DNA of 48,960 nucleotides from Verrucomicrobiota bacterium (lineage in GTDB: Bacteria > Verrucomicrobiota > Kiritimatiellia > RFP12 > UBA1067), in contig JAEEHL010000168.1 in NCBI GenBank assembly GCA_016280825.1, forward strand, positions 1-48,960, given 5' to 3'. Below, piece after piece: positions 34,547 to 43,381 of the stretch. The position numbers were made by a program, and so were the translations under genes. The first letter of the stretch is position 1. Each line of letters begins with the position of its first letter. The notes beneath the pieces are model-generated. The model did not search any database and was not told the origin of the DNA. It saw only the letters and a program-made list of their open reading frames with translations.

Positions 34547-35044
34547 ATGAAGAATGGGTCACTACAGAATAGGTCACTACAATGGCGCGTCGCCGACAGG
34601 CGGGGCGAGAAGTGCGAGGGCGCGTATGAGACGCCCGTAGAGGCGAAGGTGCAGATTGAGCGTATGTACCGCAACGCCGTCAAGACCATGAACGACGCGA
34701 AGTGCAGGGTGCAGGAAGGACGCGCCCACTTCACGGACGAAACGGCTCTCGCCGCCGTGGAGCGTTTCACGGACGCCGAATACCGCGTCGTCGAGGAGCC
34801 GCTGAACGGCGGGATATACCGCCTGAACGCGGACATCAGTTGCGACATGGCGTTCCTCCACGAAGTCCTCTGGAAGTTGCGCGTTCTCGGCGAGGTGCAA
34901 ATCTGCTGGACTTGCACGGGTCACACCCGCGCCGATATGCAGGGCGCGGCTACGGCGGCGTTCCTCCAGCAGAACGGCTACGAGTGCGAGGTCAATTCCT
35001 GCGGCGACGTGACCGTCCGCACAGCGAAGGGGGTGGCGCGATGA
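34547..35044 (+). CDS. hypothetical protein
   Basis: 165 aa. The 5' end carries a 10-bp direct repeat ggtcactaca (34557-34566 and 34572-34581). Confidence 0.6.
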   Translation: MKNGSLQNRSLQWRVADRRGEKCEGAYETPVEAKVQIERMYRNAVKTMNDAKCRVQEGRAHFTDETALAAVERFTDAEYRVVEEPLNGGIYRLNADISCDMAFLHEVLWKLRVLGEVQICWTCTGHTRADMQGAATAAFLQQNGYECEVNSCGDVTVRTAKGVAR

Positions 35045-35241
35045 AGCGGCGCATCGGAGCGGAGGACGTGCGCGAGGCGGTCTTCGGACTGCTGTTCGTC
35101 GCGGCTATGGCGTTGCTCGCGTGGGCGTGGTGCAAGGTCACGCCCGACCAGTTGAGCGGCGAGGCGGACTGGAGCGCGAAGGCTTGTGAAGACGCGGGGG
35201 TGGCATACGCCCCCGCGTACAGCGGAAAGGCGGTGCGGTAA
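35041..35241 (+). CDS. small membrane protein
   Basis: ATGA coupling. Contains a TM segment VFGLLFVAAMALLAWAW. Confidence 0.55.
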   Translation: MKRRIGAEDVREAVFGLLFVAAMALLAWAWCKVTPDQLSGEADWSAKACEDAGVAYAPAYSGKAVR

Positions 35242-35660
35242 TGGCGTATGTCATTAAGAGCCGCGTCAACGGGAAGGACTACTACGTCGGCAACGTGGGC
35301 GGCGCAATCCTCGCCTACGGACTCGTGCCGCCTACCGACAAGCGCGTCCTGCGCTTCGGCAACCTGTCTGTCTGCAACTTGGCTCTGGAGGAGTGCCGCA
35401 AGCGGTACAGCGGCAGCAAGTACGCGATGGTGGAGGACGACACGGGGGCGGCTGTAAAGCCGCCGCCAGCGTACAGCGTCTGGGACAGGCGGCTGAAGCG
35501 CGAGGAACCGCTCTTCGGGTGCGACACCCGCGAGCAAATGTACGCATGGATAATCGACGGCTTGCGCGGTACGCAGGGGTCGGAGCGCGACCACTACGTC
35601 TCGTGCCTCCTTCAACTGGAGGACGGCAAGCGGCAACTCTACTACGATTTGGACGCCTGA
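35241..35660 (+). CDS. hypothetical protein
   Basis: TAATG overlap, 139 aa. Confidence 0.6.
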   Translation: MAYVIKSRVNGKDYYVGNVGGAILAYGLVPPTDKRVLRFGNLSVCNLALEECRKRYSGSKYAMVEDDTGAAVKPPPAYSVWDRRLKREEPLFGCDTREQMYAWIIDGLRGTQGSERDHYVSCLLQLEDGKRQLYYDLDA

Positions 35661-35694
35661 AGGTCGGGTGTCCGCAACAAGAAAGGAAAATGCG

Positions 35695-36009
35695 ATGAGA
35701 ATAAAGAAGGTCAAAATCCCACGGGTCATCGACCTTGGGTGCAACTATTGTGCGAAGGCGGTAGTTGATGGGAGCGCGAAGGCGGTAGTGGACGCGAAGG
35801 GGAACGCCCTGTTTATTTCCTTCGAGACGCCCATTGCCTATGCGGAGGCTGGACATGGAACTCGACGCGAATTGTATAGATTGATGCCGTCTCTCGGCTC
35901 GCCTATGGTCGTCCGACACTGGGCGGCGTTCGTAAGATGGGAGGGGCATCCCGAACTCGCCGACAGCAAGTCGTTCAATAAACTGCCGCTCGCGCAGATA
36001 GTCGCATAA
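35695..36009 (+). CDS. hypothetical protein
   Basis: The leader caagaaaggaaaatgcgATGA is nearly identical to the one at 37426-37449. 104 aa. Confidence 0.55.
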   Translation: MRIKKVKIPRVIDLGCNYCAKAVVDGSAKAVVDAKGNALFISFETPIAYAEAGHGTRRELYRLMPSLGSPMVVRHWAAFVRWEGHPELADSKSFNKLPLAQIVA

Positions 36010-36020
36010 AGGGGGTTGCC

Positions 36021-36395
36021 ATGATTTGCATATCACATAACGGCAAGGTGCGCGAGGTCTTCTACAGTGGCGACTACAGGCAACTGTACAGGGAGGGCAA
36101 CTACACGACGTTCGACGTCGTGCGCCTCCGCTACGGACTTGCCATGTACGTGGACGACGAGGGCTTGTGCAAGACGGGCTGGGAGAACCGCGTGAACTGG
36201 AAGGCGATATACCTCCGCCTGAACGAGTGGATAAGCCGCCAGAAGGACATCGCGTGGGACGCGCTGAACGCCTGTCCGCCGTTCATCGTGGGGGACGTGT
36301 GCATACTCGCCACGAACGACGAGGGCGAGGCCGTGGAGCCTGACGCGTTCCAGCGCAAGTTCATCTACGACTCGCTCGGAGAGGGGGTGGCGTGA
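36021..36395 (+). CDS. hypothetical protein
   Basis: 124 aa, SD aaagggggttgcc. Confidence 0.6.
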   Translation: MICISHNGKVREVFYSGDYRQLYREGNYTTFDVVRLRYGLAMYVDDEGLCKTGWENRVNWKAIYLRLNEWISRQKDIAWDALNACPPFIVGDVCILATNDEGEAVEPDAFQRKFIYDSLGEGVA

Positions 36396-36625
36396 TGCCG
36401 AACGGTCTCTACAGGCAGGGAATCCCCATGTGGCACAGCCGTTTCGTCGATGCGAGGAACCACCTCTCCGAAGCGGTCGGGCTGATGGAGCAAGCCTACT
36501 TCGAGGACAGTCACAATCCGAAATTCGACGCGCTCTACAAGCGCATGAGGGCGGTGCTGAAGTCCGTGGACGCGCAGGCGATGCGCAACTGCAGGCGCGG
36601 CAGGAAGGAGAAGTGGCTGAAATGA
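36392..36625 (+). CDS. hypothetical protein
   Basis: ATGA coupling, 77 aa. Confidence 0.55.
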   Translation: MMPNGLYRQGIPMWHSRFVDARNHLSEAVGLMEQAYFEDSHNPKFDALYKRMRAVLKSVDAQAMRNCRRGRKEKWLK

Positions 36626-37344
36626 GCGAACCCGCATTTGACTTCCGCGTCCGCCCTGCGGCGGAGTTCATAGACCGCTTCGGCAACGAGGGCGACGTGT
36701 GGACTGCGACGCTGTACGACAGCCGCGAGGAGTGGCTGGCTGGGCGCGTGGGACACCTCGGCGCGTCCGCCGCGTACATGGTACTCGACACCGAAATGCG
36801 CAAGCGGCTCTTCGACGAAATGACGGGAAGCAGGCCGCACGAAGACCTGTCGGGGAACGAACTGGTACAGCGCGGCGTCGCGGCTGAACCGCTCGTCCGC
36901 TCGCTGATTGCCGTGGAGAATCCAGACTGGGACATCTACGACGGCGGCAACCTTCTGTTTGTGAGCAAGCGCAAGCCGTTCGCCTCCGCGACGCTGGACT
37001 GCATAGCCGTCCACCGCAAGACGGGCGAACTCTGCGACATCGAACTGAAGGAAGCCCCGTGGAGCAACAAGTGGAAGGGCGAGTATGCGCCCGACGGCTA
37101 CTTCGCGCAGGTGATGCATCAGTCTTTCGTGACGGGCATCAACCACTGCGTCATCCACCCGCGTATCTACCTCCGCAGGGACGACGGCTTCACCACCTCG
37201 TTCGAGCGGTCGTATGAATACTGGATGGACGACCCCGCAATCGCCCCGCAGGTCGCAGACCTGATGGAGCGCGAGGAGAAGTTCATGGACGAGGTGCGGA
37301 ACGGGCGGTACAAGCCCGTACTGTCGCTCCCGTCCGTGTTTTAG
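36622..37344 (+). CDS. YqaJ-like viral recombinase exonuclease (PD-(D/E)xK)
   Basis: GHLGASAAYMVL, AAEPLVRS, SATLDCI, CDIELKEAP and YFAQVMHQSFVTG appear in the order expected for lambda-Exo/YqaJ family proteins. Confidence 0.8.
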   Translation: MSEPAFDFRVRPAAEFIDRFGNEGDVWTATLYDSREEWLAGRVGHLGASAAYMVLDTEMRKRLFDEMTGSRPHEDLSGNELVQRGVAAEPLVRSLIAVENPDWDIYDGGNLLFVSKRKPFASATLDCIAVHRKTGELCDIELKEAPWSNKWKGEYAPDGYFAQVMHQSFVTGINHCVIHPRIYLRRDDGFTTSFERSYEYWMDDPAIAPQVADLMEREEKFMDEVRNGRYKPVLSLPSVF

Positions 37345-37373
37345 GGCGAGGAGAAAAAATGGCAATTCGCGAC

Positions 37374-37402
37374 TTTCCAAACTGCCGAAAAAATGGTATA
37401 AT
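37374..37402 (+). promoter_or_regulatory. early/middle promoter TTTCCA-N17-TGgTATAAT
   Basis: -10 at 37397-37402. The spacer aactgccgaaaaaatgg is of the family type. Confidence 0.6.
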
Positions 37403-37445
37403 TCACACATCCCGCATAAGGGAAAAACAAGAAAGGAAAAATGCG

Positions 37446-37697
37446 ATGAACGCAAGCAAGAAACCCGCCGCCGCGAAGCCGAAGAAGTATCGGCTGTCCC
37501 GTGCGGCACTCATGCAGAGGCGCGACGCCAACAGGAAGTCCGCCGCTGTCCGCAAGACCTCCTACAAGTGGCGCACCGCCGCCATCACGGAGGACAACTA
37601 CGAATGGGCGGTCACGCGCTACGGCTCGGTTAACGAAGCCGTCCGCGCACTGCGCCGCTTGTCGGCGAAGGAGGGGGAGGTAGTATGTTCGAGTTGA
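37446..37697 (+). CDS. small basic hypothetical protein
   Basis: Conserved leader caagaaaggaaaaatgcgATGA. 83 aa, Lys/Arg-rich N-terminus. Confidence 0.5.
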   Translation: MNASKKPAAAKPKKYRLSRAALMQRRDANRKSAAVRKTSYKWRTAAITEDNYEWAVTRYGSVNEAVRALRRLSAKEGEVVCSS

Positions 37698-38647
37698 AGA
37701 TACTGACAGACCTCTCCGCGATGCCGAAGCGCGTGGAGACGAACATCGACGAGGTGGAGCCTATCATTAAGTCCGCCATCGCCCGCGTGGACGGGCTTAT
37801 CGTCACCGACAAGAAGGAGGACATACTCGCCGCCGACGCCGACGCCGCGAAACTGACGAAGATGGCGAAGGCCATCCAGCGTTTCCGCATCGACCACATC
37901 GCGCTCTGGAAGGAGCCGATGGAGGCGTTCGAGACGAAGTGCAAGGACGCGGAGAAGCGGCTCAACGAAGCCGCCGACACGCTCCGCACGAAGACCTCGG
38001 AAGTCAAGGATATGTGGAGGGCGAAGAAGCGCGAACTGTGCGCTGGCGTCTGGAAGGCGAAACTCGCCGAGGCGTTCGCGGGGCAGGACGACGTTATCGC
38101 CTGCGAGGGTGCAAAGGCGTTCTTCGACCTGTGGACGAACCCGAAGACGAAGGGTACGTGGGTCAACTTGTCGGTGGACATCCGCGCCGTGGAGGAGGCG
38201 ATGGACGCCGAAATCGTGCGCATGAAGGCTATGCTCGGCACTGTCGCCGCCAACTACGGGAACGCGGACGACGAGGTGAAGATGAAGGCTCGCAAGTCCT
38301 GCCTCGCCTCGTTCGACATGAACGCGGTCGTGGCGGAGGTGAACGCATGGGTGAAGGAGCGCGAGGAAATGGAACGTGCGAAAGCCGCCCTTGCCGCGAA
38401 GCGCGAGGCACAGGCGGCGGAGGCGGCGAAAAAGGCGGCAAATCCCGCCCCTGCCGCGCCCGCGCCCGTCACCCCGCCGCCTCCCCCGCCCCCTGCGGCG
38501 GACGCCCCTGCTGGCGAAACTGACGCCTCTGCGACGGAGCGCGTGGAGACATACAACCTCGCCGTCACGGGAACGCGCAAGGCACTCATCGCCCTGCGGC
38601 AGTACGGCATCGGACTCGGAATTACATTCAAGAACATCGACAAGTGA
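37685..38647 (+). CDS. DUF1351-like recombination-associated protein
   Basis: 320 aa. The N-terminus FELKILTDLSAMPKRVETNIDEVEPIIKSAI and the position before RecT are typical of DUF1351 proteins. Confidence 0.55.
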   Translation: MFELKILTDLSAMPKRVETNIDEVEPIIKSAIARVDGLIVTDKKEDILAADADAAKLTKMAKAIQRFRIDHIALWKEPMEAFETKCKDAEKRLNEAADTLRTKTSEVKDMWRAKKRELCAGVWKAKLAEAFAGQDDVIACEGAKAFFDLWTNPKTKGTWVNLSVDIRAVEEAMDAEIVRMKAMLGTVAANYGNADDEVKMKARKSCLASFDMNAVVAEVNAWVKEREEMERAKAALAAKREAQAAEAAKKAANPAPAAPAPVTPPPPPPPAADAPAGETDASATERVETYNLAVTGTRKALIALRQYGIGLGITFKNIDK

Positions 38648-38660
38648 AGGAAGGAAAAAA

Positions 38661-39680
38661 ATGAGCGAAAAGGAAAATCCGAACGCCGCCCCCGCGAACG
38701 GGGTGGCTACAACCGAAGCGGCGAAGCCCGCCGCGAAGCCCGCGCAGGCGGCGAAGGGCGCGATGGACGTTGCGAAGAAGGGCAAGGAACGCCCCGAAGT
38801 CGCAATCCTGAAGCGGTTTAACGACAAGAACGCGGCGGACAGCCTGTACAATGTCATCCTCCAGATGACTGGCGGCGACAAGTTGTTCGTTGACAAGTTT
38901 GTCATGTGTTGCAAGGCACAGGTAGACCGCCACTGGAAGCGGAACGAGAAGGGCGAGTGGACTAATCCGTTCCTCGTCATCCCCGTCAACTCGCAGTTGG
39001 ACGCGCTCTACAAGTGCGCGTCGCGGAAGATACTCCCCGACGGCTACAACTGCAACCTCATTCCGTACATCGGGCGCGACGAGAAGCGCGTGGACGTGTC
39101 GATTGACTTCAAGGGTCTTATCGACATCGCAATCCGCGAGGGCATCATCCTCGACTGCGACGCGAAGGAGGTCTGCGACAACGACGACTTCGAGTGGTCG
39201 ATGGGCGAAATCACGCGGTGGAACATCGACTTCCGCCGTCCTCGCGGTGCGATATACGGCTACTGCGCGTGGGCGAGGTTGCCGAACGGCGAGAAAAAGT
39301 GGTCGTTTATGACAAACGAGGAAATCGCCGCCGTGCGCTCCTGCGCGAAGACGCAGAAGATATGGGACAAATGGGAAGGCGAAATGTCGAAGAAGACAGT
39401 TATCCGCCGCCTGTTCAAGACCCTGCGCAACACGCCGAAACTCGTTGACCTGATGGAACTCGACAACGAGGCTTACGACATGGAGCAGGACGAGAACGGC
39501 GTGTTCCAGCACCAGCCGTCCCGCCGCCGCGCCGCGCCTGTGCGCCAGTTGACGCGTCAGCCGACCGCCGCCCTTCCCGCCCCTGCGGAGGAGGTGCAGG
39601 ACGAGCCTGAACCCGAACCCATACCAGCCGTCGCGGAGGCGGCGGAAGTTTCGCAGGCGCAGAGCGCGTACGTGTTCTGA
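38661..39680 (+). CDS. recT: RecT-family single-strand annealing protein
   Basis: ALYKCASRKILPDGYNCNLIPY......VDVSIDFKGLIDIAIREGII...V.DNDDFEW matches the RecT core pattern. Confidence 0.8.
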   Translation: MSEKENPNAAPANGVATTEAAKPAAKPAQAAKGAMDVAKKGKERPEVAILKRFNDKNAADSLYNVILQMTGGDKLFVDKFVMCCKAQVDRHWKRNEKGEWTNPFLVIPVNSQLDALYKCASRKILPDGYNCNLIPYIGRDEKRVDVSIDFKGLIDIAIREGIILDCDAKEVCDNDDFEWSMGEITRWNIDFRRPRGAIYGYCAWARLPNGEKKWSFMTNEEIAAVRSCAKTQKIWDKWEGEMSKKTVIRRLFKTLRNTPKLVDLMELDNEAYDMEQDENGVFQHQPSRRRAAPVRQLTRQPTAALPAPAEEVQDEPEPEPIPAVAEAAEVSQAQSAYVF

Positions 39681-39692
39681 TAGAAGGGAACG

Positions 39693-40421
39693 ATGGCTAC
39701 AATGGCTACATCAAGGAAAATCGACTCCGCCTTCTTCGACCAGAAGTGGGTGGACGACCTTGTAGCCGCTGGCAAGTCGCACTATGTGCTGTTGTTCCTC
39801 TACCTCGTTGTCACGCGAACGAACCCCGTCGGGCTGTTCGAGGTGAACCCGAGGCTGTGGAACTTCAAGTTGAATCCGCCGACCCCCTTCACGGGCGACG
39901 ACGTGTTTTCCGTCTACGGGAAGCGCGTCCGCCGCGTGGAGGGGCATCCCGACAAGGGCATCATCGTCGGATTCCTCGACTACCAGCGGAACTACGGCAA
40001 GTCCTCGCGCCAGTGGGAATGGGTCGAGAAAGACCTGAAGGCGGTCGGGCTGACATACGACGACCTCCTGCGCTTTGCCGACGAGAGCGACGAGGCGCAG
40101 ATGGAGTTCAACATCGGCCTGCCGCCGAAGCCCCTGAAGCACCGCGACAGGGCGGACGCGGAGCCGCCGCAGAGGAACGTCATCCCGCCGAAGGTGGAAT
40201 GGGTGCGCGACTATTGTTCCACGAGGAACAACGGCATAGACGCGCAGGCGTTCTTCGACTTCTACGAGCAGAAGGGGTGGAAGGTCGGCAAGAACAGGAT
40301 GGAGGACTGGCAAGCCGCCGTCCGCACATGGGAGGCTCGCCGCAAGGCGGAGGGCGTTCCGAAGGCGAAGGAGGCGGCGACGCCCGTGCGCAACGTCACG
40401 GGAGTAAGGAGGAAGTTCTGA
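39693..40421 (+). CDS. replication initiation / replisome organiser candidate
   Basis: The C-terminal AQAFFDFYEQKGWKVGKNRMEDWQAAVRTWE block is common in phage DnaD-like or replisome-organiser proteins. The gene lies directly before the loader. Confidence 0.45.
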   Translation: MATMATSRKIDSAFFDQKWVDDLVAAGKSHYVLLFLYLVVTRTNPVGLFEVNPRLWNFKLNPPTPFTGDDVFSVYGKRVRRVEGHPDKGIIVGFLDYQRNYGKSSRQWEWVEKDLKAVGLTYDDLLRFADESDEAQMEFNIGLPPKPLKHRDRADAEPPQRNVIPPKVEWVRDYCSTRNNGIDAQAFFDFYEQKGWKVGKNRMEDWQAAVRTWEARRKAEGVPKAKEAATPVRNVTGVRRKF

Positions 40422-41050
40422 TGGAACTGGACTTCGACTCCATACTGCGCGACCTTCCCGCCTGTCGGCGCAAGGCTCCGCCGCCAGTCACGAGGGACGC
40501 CCTCGTTGCGAAGGCGGCGGCTATGGCGCGGCGCGGCTACGTCCACACGGAGGAGTCGCTGAAGGCACTCGCCGCGTACCTTCAGGGGTACGGCGTCCTG
40601 CTGTCGGGCGGAATGGGGCTTGGCAAGACCTTCTTCTTCGAGACGGTCAACCCCGAACCCCTGCCCGTCCTCTCTTTCAACCAGTGCTTCCTCTGGAAGT
40701 ACGAGGAACTGGCGGAGTGGCTGGACGACAGGTGCGGAAGCGAAATAGTTCTTGACGACATCGGGTGGGAGAGCGGACGGGCGAGCAACTACGGGACGCG
40801 CTTCGACGCGCTTCAGGTTGCGCTCGACTTCCGCCTGTCGCACGGATGCCATGCGCGGACGCACATTACGACGAACTGCACGAGCGACGAACTGGTCGAG
40901 AAGTACGACCCGCACGTCGTTGACCGAATCTACGAGTGCTGTCGGTGTTTCGTTCTCCCGAACGCGGAGAGCAGGCGCGAGGCGCAAGTGGACTACACGT
41001 ACCTCCGCAACGCGGAGTTCAGGCGGCAAAACGGAACAGGAGAACCATAG
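40421..41050 (+). CDS. DnaC/IstB-like AAA+ helicase loader
   Basis: Walker A LSGGMGLGKT and Walker B IVLDDIG. Confidence 0.7.
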   Translation: MELDFDSILRDLPACRRKAPPPVTRDALVAKAAAMARRGYVHTEESLKALAAYLQGYGVLLSGGMGLGKTFFFETVNPEPLPVLSFNQCFLWKYEELAEWLDDRCGSEIVLDDIGWESGRASNYGTRFDALQVALDFRLSHGCHARTHITTNCTSDELVEKYDPHVVDRIYECCRCFVLPNAESRREAQVDYTYLRNAEFRRQNGTGEP

Positions 41051-41052
41051 TC

Positions 41053-41511
41053 ATGAGTCAGTTGTCAGACATAGCGGACAGGCTGGAGCGGAACGGGGCT
41101 ACCGTGAGCGCACCCGCCATGCTACGGACGCTGGACGGGCATTACACGCTACGGCGCATCGGCACGAGGCAGGAGAAGAAGCAGGTTCTTGACGCGGACG
41201 GAAAGCCCGTGAAGAACTGCTACTTCCCGCACCTCGCCATCACCGCGACGTGCTACGCGAGGACGTGGAAACTGCTGGAGAAGGCGAAGGCCGTATTCGG
41301 CTACCCCGCGTCGAAGCGCACGAGCAACGTGGGCGAGGTGTGGGAGGATAAACTTCTCCTCGCCTGCGAGCATATCGTGCGCTGGCTGGAACACGAAATC
41401 GACGACGCGGAAATGCAGAGGCAAATCCAGCGTCTCGTCAACCCGCTCCCGAAGGCGGAGTATCTTCGGAACATAAACAAGAAACCAAAGGAAGGACAGG
41501 AAAATGAGTGA
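41053..41511 (+). CDS. hypothetical protein
   Basis: 152 aa, GC3-rich codons. Confidence 0.6.
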   Translation: MSQLSDIADRLERNGATVSAPAMLRTLDGHYTLRRIGTRQEKKQVLDADGKPVKNCYFPHLAITATCYARTWKLLEKAKAVFGYPASKRTSNVGEVWEDKLLLACEHIVRWLEHEIDDAEMQRQIQRLVNPLPKAEYLRNINKKPKEGQENE

Positions 41512-41893
41512 CAGCAAGTGCGTATTCGTCGGGCGCGTCGTGACCGTCGAGAAAACGGAGACGCTGGGGAAAGACCCCGCGAAGCCGTTCTACAAGCGCG
41601 TAATCGTCGTGGACGACGCGGAGGACGGGGCAAAGTACCCGAACCCCGTGCCGTTCGAGGCGACGGGCGACAAGTGCCAGTACCTCGACAGGTACAAGAA
41701 GGGCGACGAGGTGGAAATCGAGTTCTACCCGAACGGACGGGCGTGGGAAGACCCGCGCACGAAGAAGACCCGCTACTTCTCCAGCAACCGCATCGGCTTT
41801 ATTAAGCCCGTCGGCGACGGCGGAGTTGACGACGGGACGGACGACGGCGCGGAAGCCGCCGCTGGCGAGGACGCGAACGATTTGCCGTTCTGA
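41504..41893 (+). CDS. single-stranded DNA-binding protein, DUF3127-type OB fold with an acidic DLPF tail
   Basis: The layout KRVIVVDDAEDGAKYPNPVPFEATGDKCQYLD..KKGDEVEIEFYPNGRAW resembles DUF3127. The C-terminus EDANDLPF resembles the SSB tip. Confidence 0.6.
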   Translation: MSDSKCVFVGRVVTVEKTETLGKDPAKPFYKRVIVVDDAEDGAKYPNPVPFEATGDKCQYLDRYKKGDEVEIEFYPNGRAWEDPRTKKTRYFSSNRIGFIKPVGDGGVDDGTDDGAEAAAGEDANDLPF

Positions 41894-41911
41894 CGGAAGG
41901 AGGCGACTGCT

Positions 41912-42160
41912 ATGCGACCGAGGAATCCAGTGCGGCGCAAGACCGCCCCCGCGTTCGAGCGAGACTTTGCCCTGAAGTTCGGAGGGAGGCGCGTCCTGAA
42001 GACGGCGTTCCACTTCTTCGACTGGGCGGCGAAGGGCGAGCGCACGGAGCGCGAAAGACTGCTCGCGGCGTTCACCGCGTACTGCCGCAGGGCTGGCGTG
42101 AGCGCGTCGTGGCGCAACGCGGCGGAGTGGTACGAGAGGGGCTTCATCGTGGGCGCATAG
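41912..42160 (+). CDS. hypothetical protein
   Basis: 82 aa. Confidence 0.45.
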   Translation: MRPRNPVRRKTAPAFERDFALKFGGRRVLKTAFHFFDWAAKGERTERERLLAAFTAYCRRAGVSASWRNAAEWYERGFIVGA

Positions 42161-42240
42161 TTGCGGCGCGGCGGCTCTCTGGTCGTGCGCAAGCCGCCTT
42201 CCAGAGAGCGCGTCGCCCGTGCGCAAGCAGGGAACGCAGG

Positions 42241-42528
42241 ATGATAGATTGCCACATACTGAAGTTGCTCGTCAGGACGGCTCCGTCGTACCACCTCGTT
42301 TCGGAGGCGAACGCGAAGGCGTCCACGGTCTGCATCTGCGCACGTTGCGCGAAGTACCACAGAAAGTTGGGCGAGTGCTGTCGGCTGGGCGCGGCTCTTG
42401 CCGCGCATGACTACCCGCTCGGCTATGCCGCCGTGAGCCGCCTCGGAACGTGCGACAGGGCGATAGACGTACAGATGACGTTGCCGCTGGACGCCCCGCC
42501 GACGACGGAGGGGGAGGTGTTTCCGTGA
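42241..42528 (+). CDS. Cys-rich hypothetical protein
   Basis: 95 aa with CICARCAKYHRKLGECC. Confidence 0.5.
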   Translation: MIDCHILKLLVRTAPSYHLVSEANAKASTVCICARCAKYHRKLGECCRLGAALAAHDYPLGYAAVSRLGTCDRAIDVQMTLPLDAPPTTEGEVFP

Positions 42529-42995
42529 ACGGCGGCGGATTCCAGAAAATCACCCGAAGCGGAAAGGCGAAACGTGCGTCGCGTATGCGCACGGGCGGCG
42601 GCATCAAGGCGTTGATTACGATAGGCGACCTCCAGAGCGTCGTCGCCGCCGCGAAGAAGTGGCAGGCGAAGTGCGTGGAGGACGGCGTGGACGCGAGCAA
42701 ACTCCTCCATCACATAGCGAACGCCGAAGCCGTGCTGACGAAGTACAGGACGCGCAACAGGCTTGCGTTCGAGGAGCGCAGGCGACAAGAGCGCGAGGAG
42801 GCGGAGGAGGCGGAGGGAACTGGCGAGCCATTGCCGCCGCCCCCGCCCGTCACGCCGAGGGAGGAGCCGAGATTTGGAAGTGCCGTGTGGAACGCCCTGA
42901 ACGCGCTCGGCTTCGGGAATAAGCCGAAGGGAGCGCAGGCGGGGGAAGGCGGAGCGAAAGGCGAAAGGGGGTCGGCGCGACCTACGCGCTGGTAA
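42525..42995 (+). CDS. hypothetical protein
   Basis: GTGA coupling after ggggagg. 156 aa with a charged or Pro-rich C-terminal half. Confidence 0.55.
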   Translation: MNGGGFQKITRSGKAKRASRMRTGGGIKALITIGDLQSVVAAAKKWQAKCVEDGVDASKLLHHIANAEAVLTKYRTRNRLAFEERRRQEREEAEEAEGTGEPLPPPPPVTPREEPRFGSAVWNALNALGFGNKPKGAQAGEGGAKGERGSARPTRW

Positions 42996-42996
42996 A

Positions 42997-43158
42997 ATGG
43001 GAAACGCGAAGAAGAAGACCTGCGGCAACTGCCGCACAGTACAGCCGCACTCGGAAGCGCACGTCGTGTGCGCGAACGCGGAGAGCAAGAGTCGCGGATG
43101 CCTGAAGTCCGTAAACTCCGCTGGGTGCAAGAAATGGAGCGCGTCTCGTCGGGAATGA
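42997..43158 (+). CDS. small Cys-rich protein (53 aa)
   Basis: ATG lies 2 nt after the upstream stop. CGNC....C.....C....C pattern. Too short for the ORF track. Confidence 0.4.
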   Translation: MGNAKKKTCGNCRTVQPHSEAHVVCANAESKSRGCLKSVNSAGCKKWSASRRE

Positions 43159-43222
43159 AGTAGTACCATTTCCCTGCGGCGCGGTGTCGCAGGGGATTCA
43201 CACAAAAGGAGGAATAGTCCAA

Positions 43223-43366
43223 ATGAAAAAGGACACAGCAAAGAAGGTCGCCGTAAAGACGGCGAAGGTCGAAAAGAAGGCGGCGAAGCCCGCCAAGGCG
43301 ACGAAGTGGAAGAAGGCGACGACCGCGAAGGCGGCGAAGCCTGCGAAGAAGTCCTGCAAGGGCTAA
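43223..43366 (+). CDS. 47-aa Lys/Ala-rich histone H1-like peptide
   Basis: SD aaaggagga. Sequence MKKDTAKKVAVKTAKVEKKAAKPAKATKWKKATTAKAAKPAKKSCKG. Confidence 0.5.
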   Translation: MKKDTAKKVAVKTAKVEKKAAKPAKATKWKKATTAKAAKPAKKSCKG

Positions 43367-43381
43367 AGGCGAGGACGCTCC

